Positions 11,298 through 22,754 of a stretch of 64,000 bases of DNA are shown in pieces. A model generated the notes under the pieces. The model saw only the letters and a list, made by a program, of their open reading frames with translations. It had not been told where the DNA came from and searched no databases. Where the stretch lies: the NCBI GenBank assembly GCA_963715985.1, contig CAVQSP010000009.1, positions 64,001 to 128,000 on the forward strand. Reading direction: 5' to 3'. The position numbers were made by a program, and so were the translations under genes. The stretch's first letter is position 1; each line of letters begins with the position of its first letter. Origin of the DNA: an uncultured Thermoleophilia bacterium (GTDB taxonomy: Bacteria; Actinomycetota; Thermoleophilia; UBA2241).

Positions 11298-12469
11298 CGC
11301 ACCGGCTCCGGGAAGAACACCGGGGGTCCGGCGTGCTCGCGAGCGGCGAGATCGTCCACGACGGCGTCGACCACGGCGAACGGCACGTCCGAGCCGCCCA
11401 GACCCACGATGTAGTCCTGCACCACGACACCCGCACGCGTGGCGAGGCTCGTGGCCATCTCGTTCCACAGGATGCCGCCGGAGCCCGGCGAGTGGTCGCG
11501 GTCGAGGACCGCGACCCGCTGCGCCGATCCGACCGCCTGCACGAACTCCTGACGCAGGAACGGCCGGAACAGGTGAGCGCGCACCAGGCCGACCTTCTGG
11601 CCGGCCGCCCGGCGCGCCTGCACCACCTGCCACGCCGTACGCGCCATGGTGCCGCAGGCCACCAGCACGAGGTCGGCGTCCTCGGTGGCCACAGCGGGGA
11701 AGGGGTCGGCGGGTCGGCGGCCGAAGACGCTCAGGAACTCGTCGCCGGCCTCCCGGAGGACCTGTGGTACTGCCTCCATGGCCTGCTCGATGTCGGCGCG
11801 CTGAAGCTGCGTGTCCTCCGGCCACGTCATGCCGCCGTAGACCCGGGGGTGGTCCCGCCTGATGCGGTGCGGCAGGTCGAGCGGGGGCAGAAACGCGTCC
11901 ACTTGCGCCTGCTCCGGAAGGTCGAGGTCCATCAGCGTATGCGAGAGCACGAAGCCGTCCTGAGCGACGAGGGCCGGCAGCAGGACGCGTGAGTCCTCGG
12001 CCACCCGGAACGCGATGAGGATGGTGTCGGCGAGGTCCTGATGGGACTCGCAGTAGAACTGCAGCATGGCCGCGTCGCGGAGGGCCAGACTGTCACCCTG
12101 GTCCACCCAGATGTTCCACGGCGGGCCCACCGTGCGGTTGGAGGCGACGAGCACGATCGGCAGACGGTAGTAGCCGGCCACGAACACGTTCTCGGTCATG
12201 TACAGGAGCCCATTGGACGCGCTGGCGGTGAAGGAGCGAGCCCCGGCGATGGAGGCGCCGATGCACACGCCCATGGCGCTGTGCTCCGACTCCACCGGTA
12301 CCACCGCGCCTTTGGTGAACGCGAAGTCGGTGAGGTACTCCATGATCTCCGTCTGCGGTGTGATGGGGTAGACACCGCTGCAGCAGCCGCGGGCGCCGCG
12401 GTTGGCCTCGCCGGCGACGGCAAGCATGGCTCCCGCGGCCCCATTACCCGTCAACAGCGCGCGCGTCAT
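11294..12469 (-). CDS. porA: 2-oxoacid:ferredoxin oxidoreductase alpha subunit
   Basis: YPITPQTEI, VESEHSAM, SFTASASNGL, QDGFVLSHT. Confidence 0.9.
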   Translation of the reverse strand: MTRALLTGNGAAGAMLAVAGEANRGARGCCSGVYPITPQTEIMEYLTDFAFTKGAVVPVESEHSAMGVCIGASIAGARSFTASASNGLLYMTENVFVAGYYRLPIVLVASNRTVGPPWNIWVDQGDSLALRDAAMLQFYCESHQDLADTILIAFRVAEDSRVLLPALVAQDGFVLSHTLMDLDLPEQAQVDAFLPPLDLPHRIRRDHPRVYGGMTWPEDTQLQRADIEQAMEAVPQVLREAGDEFLSVFGRRPADPFPAVATEDADLVLVACGTMARTAWQVVQARRAAGQKVGLVRAHLFRPFLRQEFVQAVGSAQRVAVLDRDHSPGSGGILWNEMATSLATRAGVVVQDYIVGLGGSDVPFAVVDAVVDDLAAREHAGPPVFFPEPVR

Positions 12470-12478
12470 GACCCCGCC

Positions 12479-14747
12479 TCAGACCGCTTCGGTGAACATG
12501 ACGCCGCGTGGGCAGGTGGCCACGCAGAGGCCGCAGCCCTTGCAGTAGTCGTAGTCGGCCTCGGGGAGACCGCCCTCGGGCCGGCGCAGCACTCCCTCCG
12601 GGCAGTACACGACGCAGGTGTCGCAGCCGGTGCAGAGGCCGCAGACGAAGCAGCGTGCGGCCTCGGCGCGGACGGCGTCGCGCCCGGGCTGCTCCGCGAA
12701 GCCGCGGCGGACCTCGGCGAAGCCGGTGCGGCGTTTTCGCGGGGAGAGCCGGGACACCGGCTCCCCCGGTACGCGAGAGAAGGCACCGGCGTGGACCACG
12801 TCGGGACCGGCGAGAGCTGCGCCGGGCGCGGGGCCTGAGGCAGGTACGCCGGCGGCGGCGTCCATCCGGCCGCCGGCGTCCGATCCGGCCGGCGGCATCG
12901 GCGTCGGCCAGAGCGACGTGGATGGCGAGGGCCGCCCGGCGCCCGCTGCCGATGGCCGCCGCCACGGTGCCCTCGCCACCGGCGAAGTCGCCCGCCGCGT
13001 AGACCGGCGTACTCGCGCCGCGCAGATGGAAGGGGCCGCGCGGCTGTGCCCCCGGCGGTAGCAGCGAGAGGTCGCGGCCCTGCCCGAGAGCGAGCAGCAG
13101 CCGGTCGCAGGCGAACCCCACCCGGCTGCCCGGGCCGTCGAGGGGTACCGGCCGCGGCCGGCCGCTCTGGTCGGGCTCGCCGAGGCGCATGCGCCGGCAC
13201 GCCAGCACCCCGTGCTCCTCGCCGCCACCCAGGCCGACGGGCGCGACCAGCTCGTCGACCCGCACACCCTCTTCGAGCGCCTCCTCGACCTCCTCCGCGA
13301 TGGCCGGCATCTCGCCGCGCGTGCGGCGGTAGACGACGCGCACCTCGCGCGCACCGAGGCGCATGGCGGTGCGCGCGGCGTCCATCGCCGTCGTCCCGCC
13401 GCCGGCAACGACGACGGCCTCTCCTGTGAGGTCGACCCGTCCTCCCTGGACCGCAGCGAGGAAGTCGAGGCCCTGCTCCACAGAGACGCTGTCGCCGCCC
13501 AGATCCAGGTCTCGCTGCGCCTGCAGACCCGTGGCGACCAGCACGGCGCGGGACTCATCCGCCAGCCCCCGGAGGACGTCGCGGTCCACCCGCTGCCCGG
13601 TACGGACCGTCACGCCGTGCTCGAGGACGAAGGCGATCTCGCGGTCCAGCACGTCCCGCGGCAGCCGGTACGCGGGGATGCCGGAGCGCAACACGCCGCC
13701 GAGGTGCGCAGACGCTTCGACCAGCAGGACCGGGTGGCCGAGACGGCCGAGCTGGTAGGCGGCAGAGAGTCCGGCCGGCCCAGCCCCCACCACGGCGACC
13801 GGGCCGCAAGGCGCGCCGCGCGAGGCGCGCGGCCACGGCGCGCGGTCGGCCAGAGCGCGCTCGATGTCGCGCACGTCCACGGCGCCGTCCAGCTCGCGCC
13901 GGTTGCACGCGCTCATGCAGGGCGCCGGGCACACGCGCCCGCACACGCCGGGGAGCGGAGAAGTCTCAAGGAGGATGCCGAGCGCGACAGCGTCGTCGCC
14001 GGCGGCCGCGGCGCGCACGAAGCCGCGCACGTCGTTGCCCGCCGGGCACGCGTCACTGCACAGAGGCAGCAGCTCGCGGGTGTGCGGCCGGACGGACGCC
14101 CAGGCGCCGGTGTGGGTGGTCGGCCGCCGACCGACGCGCTCGTCCAGGAAGCCGAGATGCGCGTGGGGCGGCACCGGCGCCGGCGCGGCCACCTCGCCCG
14201 GCTCGGCCTCGGTGACCGTGCCCGCGAACGCCCGGCGGGCGGCCGCGATATTGGGCCCGCCGAAGCCCGCGTCGGCCAGAGCTCCCTCCACATCCCCGAG
14301 CTCCAGGCCCAGGACCCGCCCGACGGACCCGAGGAGCGCCGTGTTGACGATGGGCACCGCCCTCGTCCCCAGACCGTTGTCCGCGGCGATGGCGCTGGCG
14401 TCCACCGTCGCGACGTTGCGCCCGGGGAAGCAGGCCGCGAAAGCCTCGGGTGGGTGGGGCGAGTTCACGACCACCCAGCCGCCGTCACGCATGTTCTCGG
14501 CCACTTCCGGCGCCGCCAGGGAGGCGTCGACCACGACCACGTGGTCCGGCGTCGTGATGGCGTTGTGCACGACGATCTCACGCTCGTCCACGCGCACGAA
14601 CGCCTGCACGGGCGCGCCCATGCGCTCGGCGCCGTACACGCCGAACGCCTGCACGTGCAGGCCGCGGCGGTAGTACGCGCCGGCGATGAGCTTGGCGAGG
14701 GTCACGCCGCCGCGACCGCCGCGACCGTGGATGACCAGCTCGATCAT
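12479..14747 (-). CDS. Fusion of POR gamma subunit, GltD/SudA-like Fe-S flavoprotein and 2x[4Fe-4S] delta domain (frameshift near 12890)
   Basis: IHGRGGRGGVT...YGAERMGAPV (gamma); CSDACPAG...CGRVCPAPC...C; VGAGPAGL; GGGTTAMDAAR...YRRT; other frame gives CFVCGLCTGCDTCVVYCPE and YCKGCGLCVATCP. Confidence 0.85.
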
Positions 14748-15703
14748 CGCCGGCCACGTCGCTTCCGGCCGACCTCCGAGGGGCCCTCGGAGCCGTACAC
14801 CGCCGTACACCAGCCCCGGTACTCCGCCCGCCGGCCGCGGACGACCTCGCGGTACAGCGCGGCCAACTCACGTGCGACCGGGCCGATGGCGCCGTCGCCG
14901 ACAGGCCGCCTGTCGATCTCCACGACCGGCGCCACTTCGGCGGCGGTGCCGCACAGAAAGACCTCGTCGGCGAACCCCAGCTCGCTGCGGTTCACGTCGC
15001 GCTCCACGGTCGGCAGCCCCAGCTCTCTCTCCGCGAGCTCGATCACCGTGGCGCGGGTGATACCGGCGAGCACGTCACCGCCCAATGACGGCGTGACCAG
15101 CCTGCCGTCGATCATCAGGAAGACGTTCTCCGCCGAGCCCTCGGCCACCCGGCCGTCGACGGTGAGCATGAGAGCCTCGTCGAAGCCGGCCTGCACGGCC
15201 TCCCGGCGCGCCAGGGCGAGCGAGGCATACACCCCGCCTATCTTGGCGCGCGTGGGTGCGGCGTTGCCGTGCGGGCGGCGCCACGAGCTCACGCCGCAGC
15301 GGATGCCCCCGTCGCCGATGTACTTGCCCATCGGCACGTGGAACATGACGAAGGTCTCGCTGAGGTCGGGGCGCCACAGGCCGATGACCTCGTCCGAGTA
15401 GTAGAGGATCGGCCGCACGTACACGTCCTCGCGCACCTGGTTGCGGGCGAGCAACCCGGCGGCGACCGTGCAGAGCTCCTCCACGGAGTACGGCAGCCTC
15501 ATTCCGTAGAAGCGCGCCGAGGCCTGCAGCCGCGCGCAGTGATCCGGGGCACGGAAGAGGTAGAGTTCGTCGGTGGCGGGGTCCCAGTAGGCGCGCATGC
15601 CCTCGAACACGTTGGTGCCGTAGTGAAGAGCGTGCGTGCCTACCCCGACGCTGAGGTCCGCGTACGGCAGGTAGTCGCCATCCCTGAAGGCCAGGCGGGT
15701 CAT
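14744..15703 (-). CDS. ilvE: Branched-chain amino acid aminotransferase
   Basis: HALHYGTNVFEGMRAY, AKIGGVY, EGSAENVF, LAGITR, EVFLCGTAAEV. Confidence 0.92.
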   Translation of the reverse strand: MTRLAFRDGDYLPYADLSVGVGTHALHYGTNVFEGMRAYWDPATDELYLFRAPDHCARLQASARFYGMRLPYSVEELCTVAAGLLARNQVREDVYVRPILYYSDEVIGLWRPDLSETFVMFHVPMGKYIGDGGIRCGVSSWRRPHGNAAPTRAKIGGVYASLALARREAVQAGFDEALMLTVDGRVAEGSAENVFLMIDGRLVTPSLGGDVLAGITRATVIELAERELGLPTVERDVNRSELGFADEVFLCGTAAEVAPVVEIDRRPVGDGAIGPVARELAALYREVVRGRRAEYRGWCTAVYGSEGPSEVGRKRRGRR

Positions 15704-15816
15704 GTCGCCCCCTCGGACAGTGGAAACGACGCGCATAGCGTGAAAGACTAACTCAATGATACAATTCCCTCGAATGAACACAAGTAGTCGGTGCGCGAAA
15801 CGCCGGAGAGGACTCG
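15704..15816. promoter_or_regulatory. AT-rich divergent promoter region between ilvE and the FadR-type regulator
   Basis: Local AT enrichment; minus strand TTGTGT-16 bp-TATCAT. Confidence 0.4.
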
Positions 15817-16572
15817 ATGACGCCGCTGCGTGAGCTTGACGCGCCTGAGCCGGCCGACGCCCTTGGAGTGGCGCCGCTCGCCACGCCCAGCGCCAGTGAC
15901 GGCGTGGCTGAGGTGATCCGCGGCCTCATCTTCTCCGGGGAGCTCTCGCCCGGGGACTGGCTGCCGCCCAGCCGCGACCTGGCGGACCGGCTCGGCATCT
16001 CCTCGCTCACGTTGCGCGTCGGCCTGCGCACGCTGGAGACCACCGGCTACCTCGTCACCACGCGCGGCGCCCGCGGCGGCACCCGGGTCAACGACATCGA
16101 TGCGCTCAGCCGCATCTGGGTCGCGTGGATGGCGGCCAAGGGCGACGAAGTGCGCGACATGTGGGAGTTCCGCGAGATCGTCGAGTGCCACGTGGCAGGG
16201 CTCGCGGCGGAACGCCGGAGCGCCGCCGAGCTCGCCGCCATCGAGGCGGCGCTGTCGGCGGCCGCCAGCGACAGCCACACGGCCGTGCTGCGCTGGAACG
16301 GCACGTTCCACGACGCCCTCGCCGCGGCCGCGCACAGCACGCACCTGGCGCGCGCCGTCGTCGGCGTACGCAAGGAGCTGTTCCTGCCCGTCGAGTTGCT
16401 CCTGCGCGAGCACACCGCGGACGAGCTGCGCGCCGCCCACGCGGAGATCTGTGCGGCGGTGCGCGACCGCGAGCCGGGGCGCGCCATGGAGCGCATGCGC
16501 GATCACCTCACGGCCACGCGCGACATGGTCGCGCAGGCCCTCGCGGAGCTCACCGGCGGCGGCGGCTCCTAG
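15817..16572 (+). CDS. GntR/FadR-family transcriptional regulator
   Basis: GELSPGDWLPPSRDLADRLGIS..TLR..L..LE wHTH; FCD domain (FHDALAAAAH). Confidence 0.9.
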   Translation: MTPLRELDAPEPADALGVAPLATPSASDGVAEVIRGLIFSGELSPGDWLPPSRDLADRLGISSLTLRVGLRTLETTGYLVTTRGARGGTRVNDIDALSRIWVAWMAAKGDEVRDMWEFREIVECHVAGLAAERRSAAELAAIEAALSAAASDSHTAVLRWNGTFHDALAAAAHSTHLARAVVGVRKELFLPVELLLREHTADELRAAHAEICAAVRDREPGRAMERMRDHLTATRDMVAQALAELTGGGGS

Positions 16573-17396
16573 ACGACGGCCGTGAGCACGCTCACGCCGG
16601 CGATGGTGCACACGATCCCGGCCCACTGGTTGGGCCTGGGACGCTCCCGCAGCAGCAGGTACCCCAGCAGCACGCCGAAGGTGCCGAACTGCGAGGTGGT
16701 CACGGCGGCGATGGTGGGCGGACCGAGGGCGAAGGTGATCGTCAGCAGGAGCAGCCCACAGACCTCCAGCGCCCCGGCGCCCAGGGCGGTGACGCGCAGC
16801 GCCTTGGGTACCACCACGCTCCCGGTGATGAGCGCCACGGGGACGGCGACGAGCAGCGACACGCCGCGCGAGATGGCCGCCTGCGAGAGCCAGTCGAGGT
16901 CGCCGTAGGCGTAGCAGAGCAGCACGCCCGAGAACAGCATCCCGGAGAGGATGGCCCACGAGGCGCCGCGCGCCGACTTGGCGCGGCCCTCGAACGACGC
17001 CAGCACCGCGCCACACACGCACAGGACGAGTCCCACCGCGAGCAGCGGGGTCACGGGCTCGCCGAGCGCGATGACGACCAGCGCCACGTAGGCGCTCTGC
17101 AGAGAGGCGAGCGCCGACACGAGGCCGAGATCCCCCGTCTCCAGGCCCTTGAACAACGAGAGCAGGGCCCCGAAGTAGAGGACTCCGGCCAGAGCGGCAA
17201 GGCCGGCCCCGCGCCACTCTCCGGGCCCCGGCAGGCCCTTGAGCAGCAGCGCCAGCGGGATGATGACGATCGCGCCGAACCCCATCACCCACACCATCTG
17301 CGTGAGCGGCCGCGTCTTGCGCGTGATGTGCTGCGAGAGCATGTCGCTGCTCGAGTACGACAGCGCGGTGAGGAGGCCGGAGAGGACAGTGAGCAT
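16569..17396 (-). CDS. EamA/DMT family transporter
   Basis: About 10 TM segments, two EamA repeats (LGEPV.., LLRERP...WAG). Confidence 0.85.
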   Translation of the reverse strand: MLTVLSGLLTALSYSSSDMLSQHITRKTRPLTQMVWVMGFGAIVIIPLALLLKGLPGPGEWRGAGLAALAGVLYFGALLSLFKGLETGDLGLVSALASLQSAYVALVVIALGEPVTPLLAVGLVLCVCGAVLASFEGRAKSARGASWAILSGMLFSGVLLCYAYGDLDWLSQAAISRGVSLLVAVPVALITGSVVVPKALRVTALGAGALEVCGLLLLTITFALGPPTIAAVTTSQFGTFGVLLGYLLLRERPRPNQWAGIVCTIAGVSVLTAVV

Positions 17397-17457
17397 GCGG
17401 CCAGTGTATCCATCGGACCTCGTTGCCCGATAGGCCGCCGGGCGGGATGATGGCCCC

Positions 17458-18252
17458 ATGAGCTCTCCCTCCCCACTTCCCGTGGCCGCCTCCTGGTTCA
17501 CCTGGACGTGGCTCACGCCGCGTACGGCGGTCATCACCGAGCCCCACGTGGACGACCTGCTGGCCGCGAACCTGTGGTTCCTGCACGGCCGCGACCGCGA
17601 CCTGCTGGTGGACACCGGCAACGGCATCGCGCCGCTGGCTCCCGTGCTGGCGCGCTTCGCGCCCGGCGGGCGGCGGGACGTCGTGTGCGTCGCGACCCAC
17701 GCGCACGTCGACCACATCGGGGGGTTTCACGAGTTCGCGCGGCGCCTGCTGCACACGCAGGAGGAGCGCGTGCTGTCGCGCATCCGCGACGAGACACCGC
17801 TGGTGCCGGCGAGCTGGCCGCAGGAGGAGCGCGAGGAGATCGTGGCCAGCGGCTTCGTCCTCCCGGACGTGCTGGTGGACGCGATCCCGAACCCCGATTT
17901 CGACCCGTACACCTACCGTGTCAGGTACGCCCCTCCCACGCAGGCCGTGACGGGCGGCGACAGCGTCGACCTCGGCGACCGCACCCTCTCCGTAGTCGAT
18001 CTGCCGGGGCACACGCCGGGCAGCATCGGCCTCGTCGATCACGAGGAGAGCGCCCTTCTCTCGGGCGACGCGATCTACGACGGCGAGCTCCTCGACACCC
18101 TGCCCGAGTCGGACGTGGGGCAGTACCTCTGCACGATGGACGTGCTGCGCTCCCTCGAAGTCGACGTCGTCTATCCCGGTCACGGCCCGGCGTTCGGGCG
18201 GGAGCGGCTGCGCGATCTCGCCGAGGCCTACATCCGGCGTCGCGTGGGCTGA
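17458..18252 (+). CDS. Metallo-beta-lactamase-fold hydrolase
   Basis: LVDTG, THAHVDHIGG, PGHTPGS, SGDAIY, YPGHG. Confidence 0.9.
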   Translation: MSSPSPLPVAASWFTWTWLTPRTAVITEPHVDDLLAANLWFLHGRDRDLLVDTGNGIAPLAPVLARFAPGGRRDVVCVATHAHVDHIGGFHEFARRLLHTQEERVLSRIRDETPLVPASWPQEEREEIVASGFVLPDVLVDAIPNPDFDPYTYRVRYAPPTQAVTGGDSVDLGDRTLSVVDLPGHTPGSIGLVDHEESALLSGDAIYDGELLDTLPESDVGQYLCTMDVLRSLEVDVVYPGHGPAFGRERLRDLAEAYIRRRVG

Positions 18253-18291
18253 GCGGCGCTACGCGGACGGGTGGTCGGGCGGCGCGGCGCC

Positions 18292-19261
18292 CTAGCCGGC
18301 GGCCAGGAACGCCACCGCCACGCAGGTGAGCCCCACGCCCGCGTACTGCACCGCCGACAGGCGCTCGCGGAGCACCACGAAGCCGAGCACGGCGGCCACC
18401 AGCCCGCCCAGCGACGCCAGCACGGACGCCACGGCCACCGGGCCGATGGTGATCGCCGTGGCCAGGGCGACGAAGGCCCCGGCGTCGAAGCACCCGGCCG
18501 CGGCCGCACGCTTCGCCAGCGGCCGCGGAAGCCGCAGGCCCGAGAGCATGAGGGCCACCGGAACGAGCACGGCCATCGTCCCGAGGCGGCCGTAGGCGGC
18601 GATGGCCACGGGGTGCAGCGCCGTCGCCGCCGCCAGCAGCAGCATCGTGACCCCGAACAGCGCCGACGAGGCCAGCGCCCAGCCGGCGCCGGCGGTGGCA
18701 TGGGTGCGCCTGCGACGGGCGCGGCCGGGCAAGGGCGCCTGAGCGCCGGCGGGCGCAGGCGCGTCGCCGGCGAGGGCCGGAGACGGGTCGTTCTCCGCCG
18801 GGACGGCCTCTCGCCGGGTCCGGCCCGAACACCTCTTCTTTGGGGACGCGTTCGATGGAGGCGAGCAGCCCGCCGGCCACGGCCAGGGGAAGGCCGACGA
18901 GGGCGGCGGTGGAGAGCGACTCGCCGCCTGCCACCATGATCGCGGCCACCAGCCCTCCGGAGAGCGACGCCAGCGGCGTGACCAGGGAGAGGCGGCCGAC
19001 CACGAGGCCGCGCAGCAGGCAGGCCAGCCCAGCCGCCTCGGCCAGGCCGCTGGCCACGGCGATGCCGACGGCCTGCCACTCGGCAGAGCCGCTGGGCAGG
19101 CCGTCCAGAATGAGCGCGAGCGGCAGGAGGACGGCGAGCGCCACACCCATCGACCACGTGAGGCCGGTCCACAAGGACGCAGCACGGACCACCTTCACCA
19201 TGAGGAAGTCGTGCATGGCGTAGCCGACAGCCGTGCCGAAGCCCAGGAGGACGGTCAGCAT
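18292..19261 (-). CDS. EamA/DMT family transporter (frameshift near 18830)
   Basis: N-terminal half in ORF 17921-19261, C-terminal half in ORF 18292-19185 (VLRERLSAVQYAG); resembles 16569-17396. Confidence 0.8.
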
Positions 19262-19296
19262 GCCGCGTCCCCGTCAGCCCCGACGGGTGGGAGCCG

Positions 19297-20508
19297 TCAG
19301 AAGTCCGTGTCGCAGACTGCGAGGACGGCGAAGTTGCGCGGCGCCAGCTCCTTGTGCTTCTCGGCGATCGTGTCGGCGAGGGCGTCGAGGGCCGCGTAGT
19401 CGGCGGCTCGCGGCAGGCCCTTGGCCAGCACCGGCTCGAGGAGCTCGACCTTGAGCTTGGGCATCATGCCGGCGAGCGTCTCCACCGTCTTGCCGGCCCA
19501 GCCGTAGGAGCCGATCACCGTCGCCCACCTCGTGCGCGGCTTGAGCGCGTTGGCGAGGAACGCCGCATAGGCCGCCAGCGGGTGCGGCCCGGTGAGCACG
19601 GTCGGCGTGCCGAGGACGATGGTGCCGGCGTGTACCAGCGAGCTGGCGAGCTCGCCGGCGTCCAGGGTGGTGAGGTCGAAGCGCTCCACGGCAACGCCGC
19701 GGTCGGTGAGCGCGGCCGTCAGATGGTCCACCATGAGCAGCGTGCTCTCGTGCATGCTCACGAACGGCAGACAGACGATGTTCTGCGGCTCCCCGCCGGC
19801 CCAGTCCTTGTACGCCTCGATGATGAAGGCGGGGTCGTCGTACACCGGGCCGTGGCTGGGCCCGATGAACTTGATGGGGTACTTCGTCACCTTCTCGATG
19901 TTCTTCAGCACCTGGCCGCCGAACGGCATCATGATCTCGGCGTAGTAGCGCTTGGCGCCGTCGTACACCTCGTGCTTGTCGGCGAAGACGTCGTTGGTGG
20001 CGTAGTGCGACCCGAAGAAGTCGCAGCTGAAGAGGATCTTGTCCTCTTCCAGCCAGGTGCTCATCGTCTCGGGCCAGTGCACCCACGGCGTGAAGAGGAA
20101 GGTGAGCGTCTTGTCGCCCAGGCTGAGCGTGTCGCCGTCGGCCACCACCTGGAAGCGGGCGTCGTCCACGTGCAGGTGGTCGATGAGCATCGCCCGCGCC
20201 TTCTCGTTGCAGACGATGGTCAGCTCGGGGAAGCGCTCGAGGAGCTGCGGCGTGCAGCCCGAGTGGTCCTGCTCCACGTGGTTGACGACGAGGTAGTCCG
20301 GCGCCGGCAGCTCGTCGAGCTGCGCCATGAGCGTGTGAGAGCGGGCCGGGTCCGTGGTGTCGATGATGGCGTTCTTCTCGCTGCCGGTCACGAAGTAGGC
20401 GTTGTAGCTGGTGCCGTCCGGCAGCGGGATGAGGGCGTCGAAGAGGCGGCGGTCCCAGTCGACGGCGCCGATGAGATGGACGTTGGGGACGATCTGGCGT
20501 GGCTTCAT
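19297..20508 (-). CDS. fprA: Flavodiiron protein (FprA/A-type flavoprotein)
   Basis: GTSYNAY, NHVEQDHSG, PWVHWPETM, FSCDFFGSH, PSHGP, flavodoxin GSYGW. Confidence 0.93.
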   Translation of the reverse strand: MKPRQIVPNVHLIGAVDWDRRLFDALIPLPDGTSYNAYFVTGSEKNAIIDTTDPARSHTLMAQLDELPAPDYLVVNHVEQDHSGCTPQLLERFPELTIVCNEKARAMLIDHLHVDDARFQVVADGDTLSLGDKTLTFLFTPWVHWPETMSTWLEEDKILFSCDFFGSHYATNDVFADKHEVYDGAKRYYAEIMMPFGGQVLKNIEKVTKYPIKFIGPSHGPVYDDPAFIIEAYKDWAGGEPQNIVCLPFVSMHESTLLMVDHLTAALTDRGVAVERFDLTTLDAGELASSLVHAGTIVLGTPTVLTGPHPLAAYAAFLANALKPRTRWATVIGSYGWAGKTVETLAGMMPKLKVELLEPVLAKGLPRAADYAALDALADTIAEKHKELAPRNFAVLAVCDTDF

Positions 20509-20675
20509 GCGTGTCACCCTCGAGGAGGTCGCGGCTTGGGGTCTCGTCGCTCTGAGTATATCCGCGCCGCACGCGCACGCCGCCGCCGGAACGGGACACG
20601 TCGCGCCGCGTTGCTGGACGAATGGGCGTGGCGTGATGATGACGCGTACAGCGGCGCGATCACAAGGAGGTCATC

Positions 20676-21098
20676 GTGGAGGCACGGATAAGCGTCATCA
20701 CGCTGGGCGTGCGGGACGTGCCGAGGGCGCGGGCGTTCTACCTGGCCCTCGGCTGGCCGCTGAGCGGCGACCCTGAGGAGCACTTCGCCGTCTTCCGCAC
20801 CGCCGGTTCGCGGCTCGCCCTGTACTCGCTGCAGGGGATCGCGGAGGAGGCCGGGCAGACGCCGGCGGCGCCCGGCACCCTGCGCGCGACGCTGGCGATC
20901 AACGTTGAGAGCCGGGAGCGCGTCGACGCGTGCCTCGACGAGGCGGTGCGGGCCGGCGGGACGCTGCTGCGGCCGGCCCAGGAGCGTTTCTGGGGCGGTT
21001 ACTCCGGCTACTTCGCCGACCCGGACGGCCACGCGTGGGAGGTCGCGTTCAACCCGTTCTGGGCGCTCGGCGAGGACGGGCTGCCCGAGCTGCCCTAG
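20676..21098 (+). CDS. VOC/glyoxalase family protein
   Basis: ISVITLGVRDV.RARAFY..LGW; FWGGYSGYFADPDGHAWEVAFNP; AAGGAGG RBS. Confidence 0.9.
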   Translation: MEARISVITLGVRDVPRARAFYLALGWPLSGDPEEHFAVFRTAGSRLALYSLQGIAEEAGQTPAAPGTLRATLAINVESRERVDACLDEAVRAGGTLLRPAQERFWGGYSGYFADPDGHAWEVAFNPFWALGEDGLPELP

Positions 21099-22550
21099 GC
21101 GCGCCGCACCCGTCGTTCCGCGCGCTCGACGACGGCGTGGATGGCGGCGTCCACCGACGCCGGCAGAGCCGGGACCTCGTGCCCTGCGAGGATCCGCTCC
21201 ACGCGGGCGGCGGCGACCGCCGTGGCGTCCAGGCCGCCGGCAGGGCCGGCGGCCGCAGGCCCCCCGGCCCCGCCCGCCAGCCACTCGTCGCGCGAGCGCC
21301 GATCGAACACCTGCGGCTGCCAGCGGTCGCGAGCGTGCAGGCGCGTGTGCCTGTGCTTGAGGAACAGCTCGCCAGGCCCGACCTCGTCGATCACGTCCAG
21401 CCCGAGCTCCTCGTCCGTGATCTCGATGGGCTTGAGGAACGCCTTCACCCAGCCGGCGATGTCGTCGCAGAGCACCACCTGCGTGAGTGAGCCGGTGTAG
21501 GCCGACTCCATGAAGCCGATGTCGTGGATCATGTGGCCGCCGCTCACGGCGTCTGCGAGCAGCGTGAGCGCCGCCTCGGCGGCGGCCTGCTGGTCCGGCA
21601 GCTTGCCGTCGGTCACGCCGCCCAGCGTCCACATCGGCAGGCCGTACCAGTGCAGCAGGCTGGAGTACACGGCGCGGTGCTCCGGCCAGCAGAAGACGTC
21701 GACCATGGTCCGCATGTCCAGGGCCTCGCCGGCCCAGCCGATGGCGATGTAGGGCGCGCCGGCGCGCTTGAGCTGCGCCATCACGAGGCCGGCGAGCACG
21801 CCCGCGTTGACGACGACGAGCGAGCCGAGCACGGTCATCGGAGCGACGGTCCCAGCCGTGCTCACCGGGCTGTAGATGCAGGGCAGGTTCCGCCCGGCCA
21901 GGTCGAGGAGCGTGCGTACTGCCTCGGCGTTGTGCACGAGCGGGAACAGCGTGTTCTTGTAGCAGGCCACGAGGGGGCGGGCGGCGAGCGCGTCCGGCCC
22001 GCCCGCCACCGCCTCCGCCATCTCCGTCACGTCCAGGTGTGCGGTCACGTCGTTGAGCGTCACGTACACGATCGGTTTGGTGCTGTGCCGTAGCATCGCC
22101 GCCATCTGGTGGCGGTCCATGACCTCCGGCGTCACGTCGCTGGGCGTGAACAGGCTCATGACGAAGTCGAGGTTCTCGCAGGCGTCCTGCACCCGCGCCG
22201 CCTCGACGACGTCCTTGAGGACGGCGTGGCGGCGCTCGCCGTCGCGATGGTCGAAGCAGTACATGCAGTCACTGCCGCCGCCGAAGGAGTACTCGTAGCC
22301 GCCGCAGGTGAGCGCCGGCCGGCCGTCGCGGCCGTACAGCGTGACCTCTCGCGGCGCCAGCTCGAGCGCCCAGGTGACGAGACGTTCGGGGATTCGCACC
22401 CGAGTGCCGTCGACGTCGGCGCCGGCGCTGCCTCAGCAGCTCGAGAGCCTCGGGCTCGTCGACGATGAGCCCGGTCCGCTCGAGCACTCTCAATGTGGCC
22501 TCATGAAGGCGCTGGCACTGAGCATCATCCAGCCGTGAGAAGAACCGCAT
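21095..22550 (-). CDS. mttB: MttB-family methyltransferase, non-pyrrolysine (frameshift near 22430)
   Basis: LHEATLRVLERTG N-terminus; AGTVAPMT..G; LDMRT; GLP....GGVTDGKLPDQQAAAE; HDIGFMES. Confidence 0.85.
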
Positions 22551-22754
22551 GCGTGCCGCCAGTCCATCGCGCGAGGTCGAAGTAATCCTGACCGCTCGCC
22601 TGCCAGGATGCCACTCGCGACACACGCGACGCCGGGAGAGCTTCGTACTACGATGGTCCAATCTGGCGAGCCACGTGGAGGGGTGCCCATCCGTGCTGGT
22701 CTCAGACGGTGCGTCTGTGCTGCTCTCAGGGCCCGGTGAGGGGAGGGTCGCACG

